This document shows positions 1-13,252 of a stretch of DNA of 64,000 nucleotides, in pieces; position 1 is the first letter of the stretch, and each line of letters begins with the position of its first letter. Under the pieces are notes generated by a model. It saw nothing but the letters and a program-made list of their open reading frames with translations. It did not search any database and was not told where the DNA came from. The DNA is from the human T2T-CHM13v2.0 reference genome, Homo sapiens. The stretch is taken from assembly GCF_009914755.1 (NCBI RefSeq), contig NC_060938.1; one strand, written 5' to 3'. The translations under genes were made by a program, and so were the position numbers.

Positions 1-592
1 CTTCCAGCAAGACAAACTTAAAAACCGTTGAATGTTGTGTGCCTAGCCAGCATGCCTGCAGCTGGATAGGATGGCCCTTGACATGGAAAAACCAACCCAG
101 TCCTGGCGGCTGCCACATCCCTGAAGACCTAGAGCTACACATTCGGCTGGGAGCGTTACATATGTGATCTCTAATCTCAAAAACCTTGCAAGGAAAATAG
201 TTTTACCATTTTGCAGACAAAGAAACAAATACAGAGAGGTTAAAAAAAATGTGCCCACGGTCAAAAAGCCAGCAAGTACAGAACTGGACTCACACCAGAA
301 TGTCCAACCCAGAGCCTAGGATACACATGGCATCTCCAATAGCTACTGCCTCTCCTTCTCTTATCCCTTAAATTACTGCTATAATTGGCCAGAACATTAA
401 GTGGATACACTACATGATTTCCCTTGAGGGGAGGATGGACAGAGATGCAGGCGTCTACTTTGGACCCTGTGAGTGTGAACTTCAAAGTTCTATTCGTCCT
501 CCATCCCCTGCAGCTCCTGGAATAAACTGGCACTTAATGGTTGCTCAGTGCTGTAAAGCTGGACTTCATTTCACTTAATAATATTCTGTGTT

Positions 593-875
593 GTCCTGGC
601 GCTGTGGCTTGCGCCTGCAATCCTAGCACTTTGGGAGGCCGAGGCGGGCAGATCACGAGGTCAGGAGATTGAGACCATCCTGGCTAACAGGGTGAAACTC
701 TGTCTCTACTAAAAATACAAAAAATTAGCTGGGCGTGGTGGCATGCTCCTGTAATCCCAGCTACTTGGGAGGCTGAGGCAGGAGAATGGCGTGAACCCGG
801 GAGGCGGAGCTTGAAAGTGAGCGGAGATCGCGCCACTGCACTCCAGCCTGGGCGACAGAGCGAGACCCTGTCTCA

Positions 876-923
<48 letters not shown>

Positions 924-946
924 GTAAAAAATAAAATAAAATAAAA
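593..946 (+). mobile_element. AluY SINE, full length, with (TAA)n-derived tail
   Basis: Dimeric Alu with AluY-type motifs (gatcacgaggtcaggag, ggctaaca, gaatggcgtgaacccgggaggcggagctt). Target-site duplication (TSD) core attctgtgt at 583-591 and 947-955. Confidence 0.95.
877..921 (+). repeat. (TAA)n microsatellite in the Alu tail
   Basis: About 15 perfect TAA units read directly. Confidence 0.95.
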
Positions 947-2204
947 ATTCTGTGTCTCCTTGGGTTATTTGACGGATTTACTGATAATTGTGAAGAAGTT
1001 TGTTTCTGCTTCGCTTTTATACAGGAGCTGTTTCTGCTCAGCTTCTTGTTAAAACACCCTTAGAAACCCGTAAGTAAATGTTGCAATTGCATTCTTAGCT
1101 TTATTCTCACTGATAAGAGACATAAGTGATTTTTTAAAAGGCAGAACTAACTAATCAATCAAAACAAGCAGCTGTAATCTGATTTTAGAGCAATCTGCAT
1201 GATAAGAGTTGGCCAAGGAGAAATAATTTCCTATCGCAGTGGGATAATGTGCAAATGAAATATAAACTCTAGGCTCCCTCACATCACAGAATGTCAGAGA
1301 AGTGCCAAGCAGAATGTGTTTATGAATGGGAAAGCCAATGGTGTTATATTTTCTCTCAGGTTATTCTCAATCTCATTTTCAGAAGGGACAAAATAGCTCT
1401 AAACATTTCTAAATATTTTACTCCATATGGTCCAAATCCCAAACTTAAAAATATCCACCAACTGTCCACAGAAAAGGTGTTTTAAAGAAAAATAAAGAAT
1501 CAATTTAATTGGAAATCTCCTTAGAAAAGTTTTCTCAGCAGTAAAATAGTGGCTGCCTGCCCTGTGGTGTAGTTGAATCTATTCTAGCAAAGGCCAGACA
1601 ATTATTCATTAACCATGTCATGAAAAGTGTCACAGTTGGTGGAACGTTGAACTAGGTGACCCTGGGGGAGGTTTCACTCATTCTAAAATTCTTGAAAATT
1701 CTTGAAGCACATAAATAGTGATTGCCTTTAATCTTAACAAAGTCCACCATATTATCTTGCAAAGAACCAGGACCAGTGATCTCATCCTCTTGCTGTTAGA
1801 AGGCTTGTCAACTTTCCCCACACCCATCTTTCAACTCCTGGAAACAGGACAGGCCACCTGCTGTGGATACACTTCAAAGAAAAGCAAAGAAATCATCATT
1901 AAAAATGAGTGGGGAAACTGTTGCTGTACCTAAAATGAGAAAGCTCTGTGGCTGTCCTCACTATCTTGAAAACCAGCTGGTACATGACAGATGCGACCAT
2001 CAGCCCAAATCCTATAATTTTTTCTTTCAACTGTGGACCCAACACGGAAGCCCTGGTGAGAGAATGGCTTTGTTAATGCCCTGGTGTGCTCCCCTGAGGC
2101 CTGCAGCATGCCTGTGAGTGTGTGTGCTTCCTTTTGGACAGGTGGAGCAGCTGGCCTCCCTATCCAGCAGCCCCAGACAGGCCACCCACCACCGTCCTTT
2201 CCTC

Positions 2205-2690
2205 AGCTCTCTAACAAACACTTCTCGAGCGTCTACTGTGTGCCAGGTGCGGCTCTAGGTGCTGGGACCATAGCAGTGAGCAAGTAAGCCAGAGTTCCTG
2301 CTCCTAGAGGACTTACATTCTTCTGGGGAGAAAGTCAGGAAAAGAATGGACAAATCAGAAAATAGTAGAAATATGTGCTCGGAAGAAAATAAGACATGGA
2401 GGAGGGAAGGGGAAGGCCTGAGGAACTCCTTTAGGATGTCTGGTGAGAGAGGCCTCTGAAGAGTGGCCTGAATGATGAGAGAGGCCTCTGAAGAGTGGCC
2501 TGAACGATGAGAGAAAGCCATCCACGCACAGATCCGGACAAGAGCATTCCAGATAGGGCAAACAACAAGTTCAAAGGCTCTCAGGTGGAAATGCCCATGG
2601 CATGCATGAGAAACACCAAAAACACCAGTGGGGCTGGAGTGTCATCTATGCAAAGATTGTGGTATGAGCTGCGGATGGGGGAGAAGTGGC
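2205..2690 (-). mobile_element. L2 LINE 3' fragment
   Basis: aacaaacacttctcgagcgtctactgtgtgccaggtgc...ctaggtgctgggaccatagcagtgagcaag...cttacattc matches the reverse complement of the L2 3' end. Right boundary approximate. Confidence 0.75.
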
Positions 2691-3589
2691 TATGCTGAAA
2701 CTGGTGAGTGACTGAATCCTAAGTGCACTTTGAACCATGTAGATTCAGCCTCAGTCACTAGATAAAGGACAATTCAGGACAACCACAGTTCCTGATCCTT
2801 ATTCAAGGTACCCTTTAGCGTCCAGCCATAATTACAGTTGGCAGAGATGGCCAAAATTCCCTCAGAATGACTCCCCATGTGAGCCTTGAATCTGAAAAGT
2901 CGGCTGGGGAATAAAAAAACAGCCACTCTTGCCCTTCATCAACTTTGAAAAATCTATCAAACCTACATTTTTTTCTGGGATTGTAAGTGCAAGGCCAGTA
3001 TTTCAAAATCTCCCAAGCGTCGGTAATTTTTCCCATTGTATCTCTGACTCACCCAAGAGTTTACCTCAGAGTCCCATCAAAACAGCACTCTCTCTGCTGA
3101 TCTGAACAATTTTTAAAACATCCTATTATTACAGTCAACTAGAGTTATTTTTCCCCAGAAGGGGAATGACATCGATGGCTGGGATTTTAGTGTGTGCTGC
3201 AGCCTCAAGCTCTGCCACACACCACACACAGTTCCCCCCCATCTAGAAGCTGTATTCTTCTTCCCTAAATTTTCTATTACATTTATATTCTATTTGTAAA
3301 AGTAGGTGGAAAATTTTTGGTCTTAGAAAGTAGCTTTGAATGAGAAACAATTAAAAGGCATCAAAAAAGAACCCCATTGAGACTTGGTTCTTTTGGAGAA
3401 AGGTGTCCAGACCCCAGCTCACCAACATCTGAGCAAAATCAGGCCGAGATTCCTCCTGCTCTTCCTCGCCTCTCCTTCCCTGTGACGGTTTCATTTCAGA
3501 AGCCAGCATCCTCTTACTTTGGCCTCCACCCTGTATCTCAATCTTGCTCTGGGTTTGCTGCCAACCAATCCTATGGAGTCACCCCAGGT

Positions 3590-3715
3590 GAGAGTGCAGT
3601 GTATTGGACTAAACCTGAGCTGCCTGGAGTCCCAGCCCTGCTCCTAACAAGCATGTGTCTGGGTGCCACCTCGCCTCTCCCAGCCACAGCACCTCAACTT
3701 GTAAGGCCTGCCAAC
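3590..3715 (+). mobile_element. Possible degenerate MIR
   Basis: ctgcctggagtcccagccctgctcctaacaagcatgtgtctgggt...cctcaacttgtaa loosely resembles the MIR core. Confidence 0.4.
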
Positions 3716-6092
3716 TAAACCCACTACCAGGACTGTCATTTGACTAGACTCTGATGGTTAATGGCTTTCCTTGGGTGGGACAACTCTAATGGGATGGGTG
3801 TCTGATGAGCATCTTTGGAGAGACTCTGAGACCCTTTTGGTGCAGTGTGGGCAAGTCTCTGTACTGACATAGAGTTCTGAAAAATTAATCTCTGTACTCT
3901 TCACACTTTCCTACACCTCTTGGACCCTTCTCTCAGTCAGTCAGAACATCTGGATGGAAAGAGAAAGAAACAGTTCCCATCTAGTTTATTTTCTTTGGTT
4001 TGACTTCCAAATTAGGCCCCTAAGAGTCAATAAGAATAAAAGGGATGAATCTGAGGGGAACAAAACATAGAGATACCATAATAAAGATTAATAAGAGACG
4101 GAGGAGAGGCTGATGGTCATGCCTTCTTCCCTGACTAGAGATTAGGAGGGCTGTCTGGGATGGAGGTGGGGGGAAGCAAACAGTGACCCTGGACACACTG
4201 TGGAAGCAGCTAGAGGCCATATAGAAAGGAACTGACTGGATGGAGGCAGAGGAGAGGCATGAATAAGGGCCATCACTACCTAGAGAGGCAAAGTACCACG
4301 CAGACTGCTGCCCCTGCCCACTGCCTGTGGCTCATCCGGCAGAGGGACACCTGCTGAATCCTAACATGGCTGAGCTGCCACCCAAGCTGTCCTGTATGGG
4401 ACATTTACTACCTTTGTCACTGCCCCAGGATACTGGTAAGCTCTTCCCTTATGAAATAGAGCAAGGGACATTGATTTAGAGAAGAGTGGGTGGTGTAGAA
4501 AGACAAACACCACCACCTGAAACCTGTGTGGGGCTGGATGTGGGGGAAATGAGCCTTATTACACATCTCTGTGACCAATTATGATGACTGGCATTGGCAT
4601 AGGAGGATGATAGAGTTTGGAGTCCAACAAATAGCATTCTTTTCCCCAACACTTGGAATACTAGCCAGGAACCTTGAGAGACACATGAGCAGTAGTATTT
4701 GGAGAGCCAAAAACATAAGGTTTTGATGGCGTTAAGCCTTAGGTGGAGTAAGCATGGATTGCAAGATTTTTTTTGTTTTGTTTTTTGAGATTTGTGGGGC
4801 TTGGACACGCCACATAGCTGATTCTTACAGTTGTGTAATTGGCTTTTGACTGATGGGACTGTGATGGCAGCTTTGGGCCTTAGGTGTTAGTAAGCATAGT
4901 CCGATGGGATTTTGACCTTGTAGCGAATGGAAACTTTATCCACAGGCAAGTAGCTGTTTTTATACAGATGGGGCAGCAAGTGCCAGCCCTATAAACACGC
5001 AAGAGCTTCTCTGGGGTCAGTACACAAAGAGAGCCAAGGCAAGGCTGTGATTAGAGGAAAAAGAGAATGTTTTCATATGTCAGTCTTTTAAGTATAGGAG
5101 ATGGAAAAATTTCTTCATTGCTTAGCTGCAATAAATGGTCTAAGACTTTGCAAAGCAGAAGAAGATATATTTTATGTATTCTACAAACAATTTATATGTG
5201 AGGTACTACCTTTAAAATGATGAGCCAGGCTAGATCAGCCCCCCAGTTTCTGGTCCTCTTTTATAATATTTGGAAAGCTCAACAAAGACTATTGCTAGGA
5301 TAGACAGAGACATTATATAAGAAGTGGTCAATTCACCAAGAAAGCAAAACTATTCTAAACGGACACAGATACTATATCCATTACCTAATAATACAGCTTC
5401 AAAATCCGTGAGGTAAAAACTTATAGAACCAAAAGAAGAAAAAGGCAAATTTACAATTATACTTGAAGATTTCAAAACACCTCTCCAAGCAATTGATAGA
5501 AAAAGTAGACAGAAAATGAGTAAAGAAGTCTTAAACAACATTATCAGTCAAATTGGCCTAATAGAATACTTTGCTCTAAAACAACAGAATACATGCTTTG
5601 TTCATGTGAACCTGGAATATTCATCAAGATTCTCAGTCATAAAACAAGTCTCAATCTCAATAAATTTAAAAGGATCAAAACATACAGGAGAATTAAACTA
5701 GCACACAATGGAATTAATTAGAAATCAAGAGAAATATGTCTAGAAAATAACAAATTAAAAATATATATTTTTATATAACATGTGGATCAAAAAATACCTA
5801 ACAAAATTGATAATTTTGGGTTGAATGAAATTGAAAACACAATATATCAAAATTATTGAGATATATCTAAAGCTGTATTTAGGGAGAAATCTATAGCATT
5901 AAGTGTTTTTATTATAAAGGAAGAAATATTTCAAATCAAAGATCTAAACTTCTACCTTAAGAAAATAGAAAAAGAGAGCAAATTAAGTCAAAAGCAAAAA
6001 AGGAGGAAGAAAATAACAGAGACAACAACGGATATTAGTAAAATAGGAAATTGAGCAAACAAAAGAGTGAAACAATAAAATCAAAAGCTGAT

Positions 6093-6552
6093 AGTAGTAG
6101 GCTGAATAATGGTCCCTCAAAGATGTCCATGTCCTAATCTCTGGGACCTGGGAACATGTTACCTTATATGATAAAAAGAACTTTGCAGGTGTGATTACTT
6201 AAATAGTTAAGGGTTTTATCCAGGTGGGTCCTCCAGTGTAATCACAAGCATGCTTATAGAGGGAAGTAGGAGGATCGGAGTCAGTAGCAGGAGATGTGTT
6301 GAAAGTTGGAAAATGCAGGGCAGGATCATGAGCCAAGGAATGCAGGTGGCCTCTAGAAACTAAAAAAGGCATAAAAATGGATGCAGACTTCAGAGTCTCC
6401 AGAAGGAATCAGTCCTGCTGACAGCTTGACTTCAACCCCATGAGACTCATTTTAGACTTCTTACCTTCAGAACTGTAAAATAATAAATTTATGTTATTTT
6501 AGGCTGCTAAGTTTGTGGTAATTTACTGAAGCAGCAATAGGAAACAATTTCA
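6093..6552 (+). mobile_element. MLT1D-like solo LTR (ERVL-MaLR) inserted in L1M
   Basis: Start gtaggctgaataatggtccctcaaagatgtccatgtcctaatc; end aataaatttatgttattttagg...gcagcaataggaaac. L1 sequence resumes on both sides. Confidence 0.88.
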
Positions 6553-8554
6553 TCAGTCCTTTGAAAAGATCAATAAAATAAATAAACCTGTAGTCTGACT
6601 TATAAGGAAAACAAGAAAGAAAAACAAAAAAGAAAATATAGGTATAAAAAGGGGGTATCACTTCAGATTTTCCAGATGGTAGAAGAAAATTGTGAATAAC
6701 ATGGTGTCAATGAATTCTACAGCTTAAATGAAATGGACAAATTCCTTACAAGACATAAATTACCATAGCTCTGTAAAAATGAAGATAGGAATCCATGAGG
6801 TTGATATGTATCCTTTTGAAAGCATAGAAACCTAAAGAAAGAAAATAGATAACCTAAAAATTATAGATAAATAACCTATATCCATCAAAGGAATTTAATC
6901 CATAATTGAAAGCTTCTAACAAACAAGAACACTTCAAGCCCAGATGGCTTTACTGTGAATTATTCCAAATATTTAAAGAAGAAATAATAACAACTCTAGT
7001 TGTTATTAATAATTCCATAAAATAGAAAAAGAAGTAATATTTCTCAGCTCACTTATGGGGTCAGCATTACCTGGGTACCAAAACCAGACAAAAATATTAC
7101 AAGAGAAGAAAACTACAGACCAATATTTCTCATGAATATAGATGTAAAATTCTCAAAGCAATTTTAGCCAATTAAATCTGAAAACATATAAAAAGGATAA
7201 TATATAATGACCAAGAGGGGCTTATTTCAGAAATGCAAAGTTGATTTAATACTAGAAGTCAATTAGTGTAACTCATCATATTAACAGATGAATAAAGAGA
7301 AAGGATAAGACCCACACATGAGGATAAATAATTGGAAACTAAAATTTAAAAATATCATTTATGGTAGCATTTGAAAAACATGAAATTCTTAAGATATATT
7401 TAACAAAATATGTGAGAGACTTATACGCTAAATTGCAAAATACTGTTGAGAAAAAATATTAAAGACTTAATAGCGAGATATACCATATTCATAGATTGGA
7501 AGACTCAATATTGTTTCTTTCCAAATTGATCTACAGGTCCCAAGCAATGCCAACATAAATTCTTGCAAGAATTTTGTAGAATTTGGCAAGGTGATTCTAA
7601 AATTCATATGATGCTGCAAAGGACTAGAATAGACAAACTAATTCTGACAAAGAACAAAGAGAACTCACCCTAATTTTAAGACTTCCTGTAAAGTTATATG
7701 TAATGACAATGGGTTATAGGCATAAGAACAGACGTACTTATTAGTGGATCAGAATGGAGAGCTCAGAAAGAGACCCATGCGTAGACGATCAATTGATTTT
7801 TGAAAAAAGTACCAAGATAATTCAACAAAGTAGAGATAGTCTTTAAATGCAGCTAGAACAAGCACTGTGAGGAAAAAAAAATACTTTGATTTTTTACCAC
7901 ATATGATATACAAATATTAACTTGAAAAGAACCATGGACCAAAATGTAAGAGCCAAACTACAACATTTCTGGGGGAAAAAAGGGAAAAAAATATTTGTGA
8001 CCTTTAGGTAGATAAACATTTCTTAGGTATGGTTTTGAACATTAAAATTAAAAACTTCTACTCTTTAAACAGCATTGTTTAAAAAATGCAAGGGCAAACC
8101 ATAGCCTGGGAAAAAAAGCATTTGTAAAACATGTATTCTGCAAAAAGATTTGTTTTCAAAGTATATAAATAATTCAATAACAAGAAGAGACAACTTAATT
8201 TTTAAAAACAGGCAAAATGTTTAAACAAGCACTTCACTAAGGAAGATAGAAGCTTGAGCAAAAGCATATGAAAGATGCTCAACACCTGTAGCCATTAGGA
8301 AAATGCAAATGAGACAGTGCTACACATCCACCAGGGTGGCTAACGTTACAAAAACTGTCAAAATATTGAAAGACAAAATATTAGACATTTTCACATTTTA
8401 AAATAGGAAAAGACTTCCCCCTAAATGAGAAGATTGTGGAGCAACTGGAACCCTCATATGCTGCTGGTGGGAATGCAAAATGATCCAACCTCTTTGGAAA
8501 ACAGTCTGGCAGTTTCTTTCAAGTTAAATACATACTTACAATATGGCCCAGCAG

Positions 8555-8564
8555 TATATATATA

Positions 8565-8627
<63 letters not shown>

Positions 8628-8715
8628 GTGTGTGTGTGTGTATATATATATATACATATATATATGTATATATATATATATGTATGTGTATATATATATA
8701 TGTATATATATATAT
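8555..8715. repeat. Compound (TA)n/(TG)n microsatellite
   Basis: About 160 bp of uninterrupted purine-pyrimidine alternation in TA and TG blocks. Confidence 0.97.
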
Positions 8716-11023
8716 CACTCTTAGGTATTTATCTAAGAGAATTTAAAAAATGTTTTCATAGAAAGACTTGAATGCTCATAGCAGTGTTATTCATAATTGC
8801 CCAAAACTGGAAACTACCCAAATGTTCACTAACTGGTAATTGGACAAAGACATTCTGGTATATCCATACTATGGGATATTACTTAGGGATAAAAGTGAAC
8901 TACTCCTGATACATGCAGAAACATGAATGAACCTCAAAACATATGGTAAGTGTATGAACCCAGACCTTTAAGACTACACTGCATGATTCACTTATATAAA
9001 ATTTTAAAAGAGGTGAAATATAGTGACAGAGAGCTAATCAGTGAATCCTCTGGGCTGTGGGTTGGGGAGGGTGTTGACTTCCAAGAGACACAAGAGAATT
9101 TTGGGGAGTGATGAAAATGTTTTGTGTCTTGATTGTCATGGTGGCTCCATGATGATGTACATTTGTTAAAGCTCATCAAACTGTATACTTTAAAATAGCA
9201 AGTTCTATTGTATGTAAATTATACTTTGATGAAGCTGATTAAAATAAAATTCACTGAATTTTTCAGAAAATAAGAGAACCGAGGGAATAGAGCATTAATG
9301 CCATATTCTACTTCTACAGAATAAGATGTAGTTCAAAGGAAGGCTACTCAGAGATGGGACCTTTCAAAAGCTGAGGACAGATGGGTCTTGAGGAACACCT
9401 GGCAGAAGTCTTCTTTCTCCCTGGACCCCAGGGCACAACCTTCAGAAGCATCAGCAGCTTCCCTTCAGGAATCTGCTAGGACTGATATTCCAGCTGAAAC
9501 TAATGCGAGATGAGAGCGAAACCTTCCCTGAGAGGCAGGCTTCCTGGGTCTGAGTGATTTCAGAAAAAGAAAAACAAAAACAAAAACAACAAACAAACAA
9601 ACAAAAAACAGTGACAAGCACCACTGTGGCATAGGCCTGAGAGTGTTTTTTTAAAGAGATAGTGGAGAGTAAGTCACTAGACAGAACCCACATTCACTTC
9701 AGCAGTGTGGTGGCAGAAACAGTCCTCAAAGGCAAATGGAATTACTTTTCAACATGCTGGACTGGAAATAAAGGAACCAAAAAATAAAGCCCTGTGACAG
9801 GAACGATCACCATTGCAAATTTCTACATTTTGTTAGAAAGTAGCCATGTCTCAAAGTCCACCCTCTAATTGCCAAGACAGTATGCACAGGTGGCCTTGTT
9901 CCTTCTCTCTAATATGGTGCAAATAGTGCATAATTAGCCTCTAGTTAGGAGAGATTATTCAAATTTTGGGTTCAAAGTCATGTTCTCCAAAAAAAGACAT
10001 AGAATGACAATCATCATGGCAAAGTTGAAACTAAGAATTCTGTCTCATTTAGGTTTATCAGTCTCTTTCTCAGATATCACTGGGTCTCCACTATGGTCTT
10101 TGGCAATAGTAAGGAGAAGGTTTTGGGGATATAATTTTGCCTGGGATATCTGCTAACTGCTAAGGATTGATATGTTTTCTAAAACAAGTGGGTGTGAGAC
10201 TGGGACTTGAATAATCTTTAGTGTTCTCCTTATCTCCTCCAAAGTGAGGCACATATGAGTACAGCTGAACTTTTAAGATCCTAAGAGAACTATACCTATT
10301 CCAGTGGAAGAGAACTCCACTGCAGCTGCTAAAACAATGATAATTCTACCTAGATATAAAATTGTCTCTCTGACAGGCTCAGAAGAATAAGAATCTGGGG
10401 AGGGGGGATGAAATTTGGGTCTTTGATTTCTTTTGGCTTTTAACACAAAGGCAAGATAATTTGATTTTAGACTTTAATATTCAGAGGATTTAATTTTGGA
10501 GTTATAATTTCAGCCTCAGAAATTCATGGTGGGAGAAAGTTTATACTCTTTATACTCAAATTTGGAACATCTTATCATTGACATTTTATTGGAATATCTT
10601 AGTGTCATTTGATTTCACTGCAGAATCTCTAATGAGCTATTTTGGATAATGTGGCTGGGTGTTAATTTAGGATAGGAAATAGAACAGGGAATACTTGAGT
10701 CCAGTATGGTCTTTGAGTTAATTTATGTTCTAATTGATTTTATAGCTTTCTGGGGACAAAAATCATGTCTGTCCACTAGCATTCCTATGAAAGACTAATG
10801 GTCAATATTGGAGAAGCCTCGTGAAGTGGGAGCTACATGATTCTGACAGACTGCTGATTCTTTCCCCTGGAGGGAGTGCCACAGCCCTGCTAAACCACTG
10901 GATTAAGGGTTAAGCCTTGTGGGTTAAAAGGGAAAAAAGGCTGAGGAATGATAGGAGGAGACACTCACTCCTCTCTCCTTGTGATTCCAATGTTTGTCAA
11001 GGTTGAGAACAATTGCATAAGAG

Positions 11024-11179
11024 CAGTGATTCAGCATCATTTAGGAACGTGTTAGAAATGGACATTCTCAGGCCTCACTCAGACATACTGCACCAGAAAC
11101 TCTTCAGTGGGTCAAGAAATCTGCATTTATAGCAAGCCTTCCCAGTGATTCTGATACACATCAAGTTTGAGAGCCACTG
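11024..11179 (+). mobile_element. MER5A (hAT-Charlie MITE)
   Basis: cagcatcatttaggaacgtgttagaaatg...cagaaactc...aagccttcccagtgattctgatacacatcaagtttgagagccactg, with cagtg...cactg termini. Confidence 0.85.
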
Positions 11180-12437
11180 CCGTAGAGTGACTCTGCTGGC
11201 TGCCTGCTGCCCCCTTGCTTACCCCTGGTGAATGGGAAAAGGTGGGAGTACTGATCATATTGATGAGTTTGGGAGAAGAAACTGGGCATGTGAGACACTT
11301 CTGGGACTTCTTCCTTTAGTGCCGTGTGGTTTCTCTTTCTTTGGGAACTGCCTGCAGATGGAAACTATGCTGCTTGGGTCTATTATCCCAACTATGTGGC
11401 AAGACTGAAGGGCAGGCACTGCCCCTCTCAGAAAGGCTGGAAGTGAAAGTGGGGGAAGTTAATTTAGGCAACAGTAATATGTCCATTTGTTTCTCATCCA
11501 AGACAGTTTCCCAAGAGCTCTATCAGTGATAGTTGGTTTCCACCTGTCTGCTCCCTCTATTTGTTACTCAGTTGGTTCTGAACTTGGGCAGGAAAGAGGG
11601 AATGCCCTCAACACTGCCATGCAGGGAGCTATGGCACATATGGATTGGGCCAGTTAGGATGGTCTGGCCAGTGCCCTACTCTGTGAAGGCACTTTGGTGT
11701 GTGGATGAGAAACGGGAAACAAATAGAAATTTACTAGGTTTGGCTGTCAGAAGACCCAGCACATTCCTAAACACCTCTATTACCATGAGTTTGTTTTTAA
11801 GAAACAAAGTCAAGAAGACTATTATTAATAATATAGGTTGAGGGCTCTCTGTCAGAAATTAGTCAAGAACAGGAAGCAATGAAGACTCAGATTAGTTCAT
11901 TGTGTTGCTTGTTAGACCCAGATTACTTTCACCAGTAATTGTTCATGTCAACTTTTGGATTCTGTATGGACTATGTGTTCAACTTAGCACTGTCCATTCA
12001 CGATCACAGATAATCAAGAGTCATTCAGACTTGAGGGAGATCTAACATGGAAGACACTTCCAGAATTGGATGGAGGCAAGCTGCTAGGAAACTTCTTCAA
12101 CCTGATTTTTAAATTTTATGATTGCAATCATGTATGTTTCCTCTCTTGTGGCAATATTTTGTGATTAACTGTGCATTTTATTTTCTCTTTAGTCTCTAGA
12201 TCTCTAAGATTACATTAAGTGTGTGTCAATAAACTCTATATTTTTATCATTTCAACAAAACTGTGCTACTTCCTAAGATTAATTATTGAAGTTCAGACTA
12301 AGACACAGCCACAGGGAGGAAGATATAATAGAATGGTAGTTAAGTGCAGGTTTTTGTGTCTTGCTGAGTATTTTTCCCAGTGGATTAGTCTCCTAATTTT
12401 TTTCCTTAAGTAAGGATTTAATCAGAATCAGATGTTA

Positions 12438-13252
12438 TACGGACACTTCTCAAAGAAGACATACAAGCAGCCAACAAACATGAAAAAATACTCACCATCG
12501 CTAATCATCAGAGAAATACAAATCAAAGCCACAATGAGATAGCATCTCACACCAGTCAGAACGGCTATTACTAAAAAGTCAAAAATAACAGATGTTGGCA
12601 AGATTCTGGCAAAAAGAGAGCTTTATACACTGTTGATAGGATTATAAATTAGTTCAGCTGTGTGGAAAGCAGTTTGGAGATTTCTCAAAGAACTAAAAAT
12701 AGAATTACCATTTGACTCCATAATCCCATTACTGGGCATATACCCAAAGGAAAAGAAATCATTCTATCAGAAAGACACCTGCACTCTCATGTTCATTGCA
12801 GCACTATTCACGATAGCAATGACATGGAATTAACCTAGGTGCCCATCAACAGTGGATTGGATTTTTACAAAATGTAGTTACATATACACCATGGACTACT
12901 ATGCAGCCATAAAAAAGAATTAAATCATATACTTTGCAGCAGCACGGATGGAGCTGGAGGCCATTATCCTAATTGAATTAACACAGAAACAACCAAATAC
13001 TATGTATTCTCACTTATAAGTTGGAGCTAAACATCGGGTACACAGGGACATAAAGATGGGAACAATAGACACTGGGGACTCCCAAAGTAGGGAGGGACAG
13101 AAACGGAAAAAGGTTAAAAAATGATCTATTGTGTACTGTGCTCACTGGTTGTGTGATTGGTTCAATTAAAGCCCAAACCTCAGTATCATGCAATATATCC
13201 ATGTAACAAACTTGCACATGTATCCCCTGAATCTAAAGAAAGAAAAAGAGAG
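12438..13252 (+). mobile_element. 5'-truncated L1 (L1PA15/16-like), about 0.8 kb
   Basis: End of ORF2 plus 3' UTR (cccaaacctcagtatcatgcaatatatccatgtaacaaacttgcacatgtatcccctgaatctaaa). 14-bp TSD agaatcagatgtta (12424-12437) / agaatcaaatgtta (13253-13266). Confidence 0.9.

Larger units (their letters stand above)
5295..9250 (+). mobile_element. Old L1M (L1MC/MD/ME-type) ORF2-to-3' end remnant, interrupted by MLT1D and a microsatellite
   Basis: Degenerate, collinear ORF2 motifs (gaaatggacaaattcct, ccagatggctttactgtgaat, ggaagactcaatattgt, ggaaaatgcaaat) and an L1M-type 3' end (catttgttaaagctcatcaaactgtatactttaaaat...tgtatgtaaattatac). A large internal deletion removes most of the RT region near 7320. 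Confidence 0.85.

Noticed and set aside
6770-6870. Short non-L1, faintly MIR-like insert inside the old L1M
   Set aside because: Too short and degenerate to assign by eye.
8425-8771. Overlapping YI/CV/TH-rich ORFs
   Set aside because: Translation artefacts of the TA/TG microsatellite.
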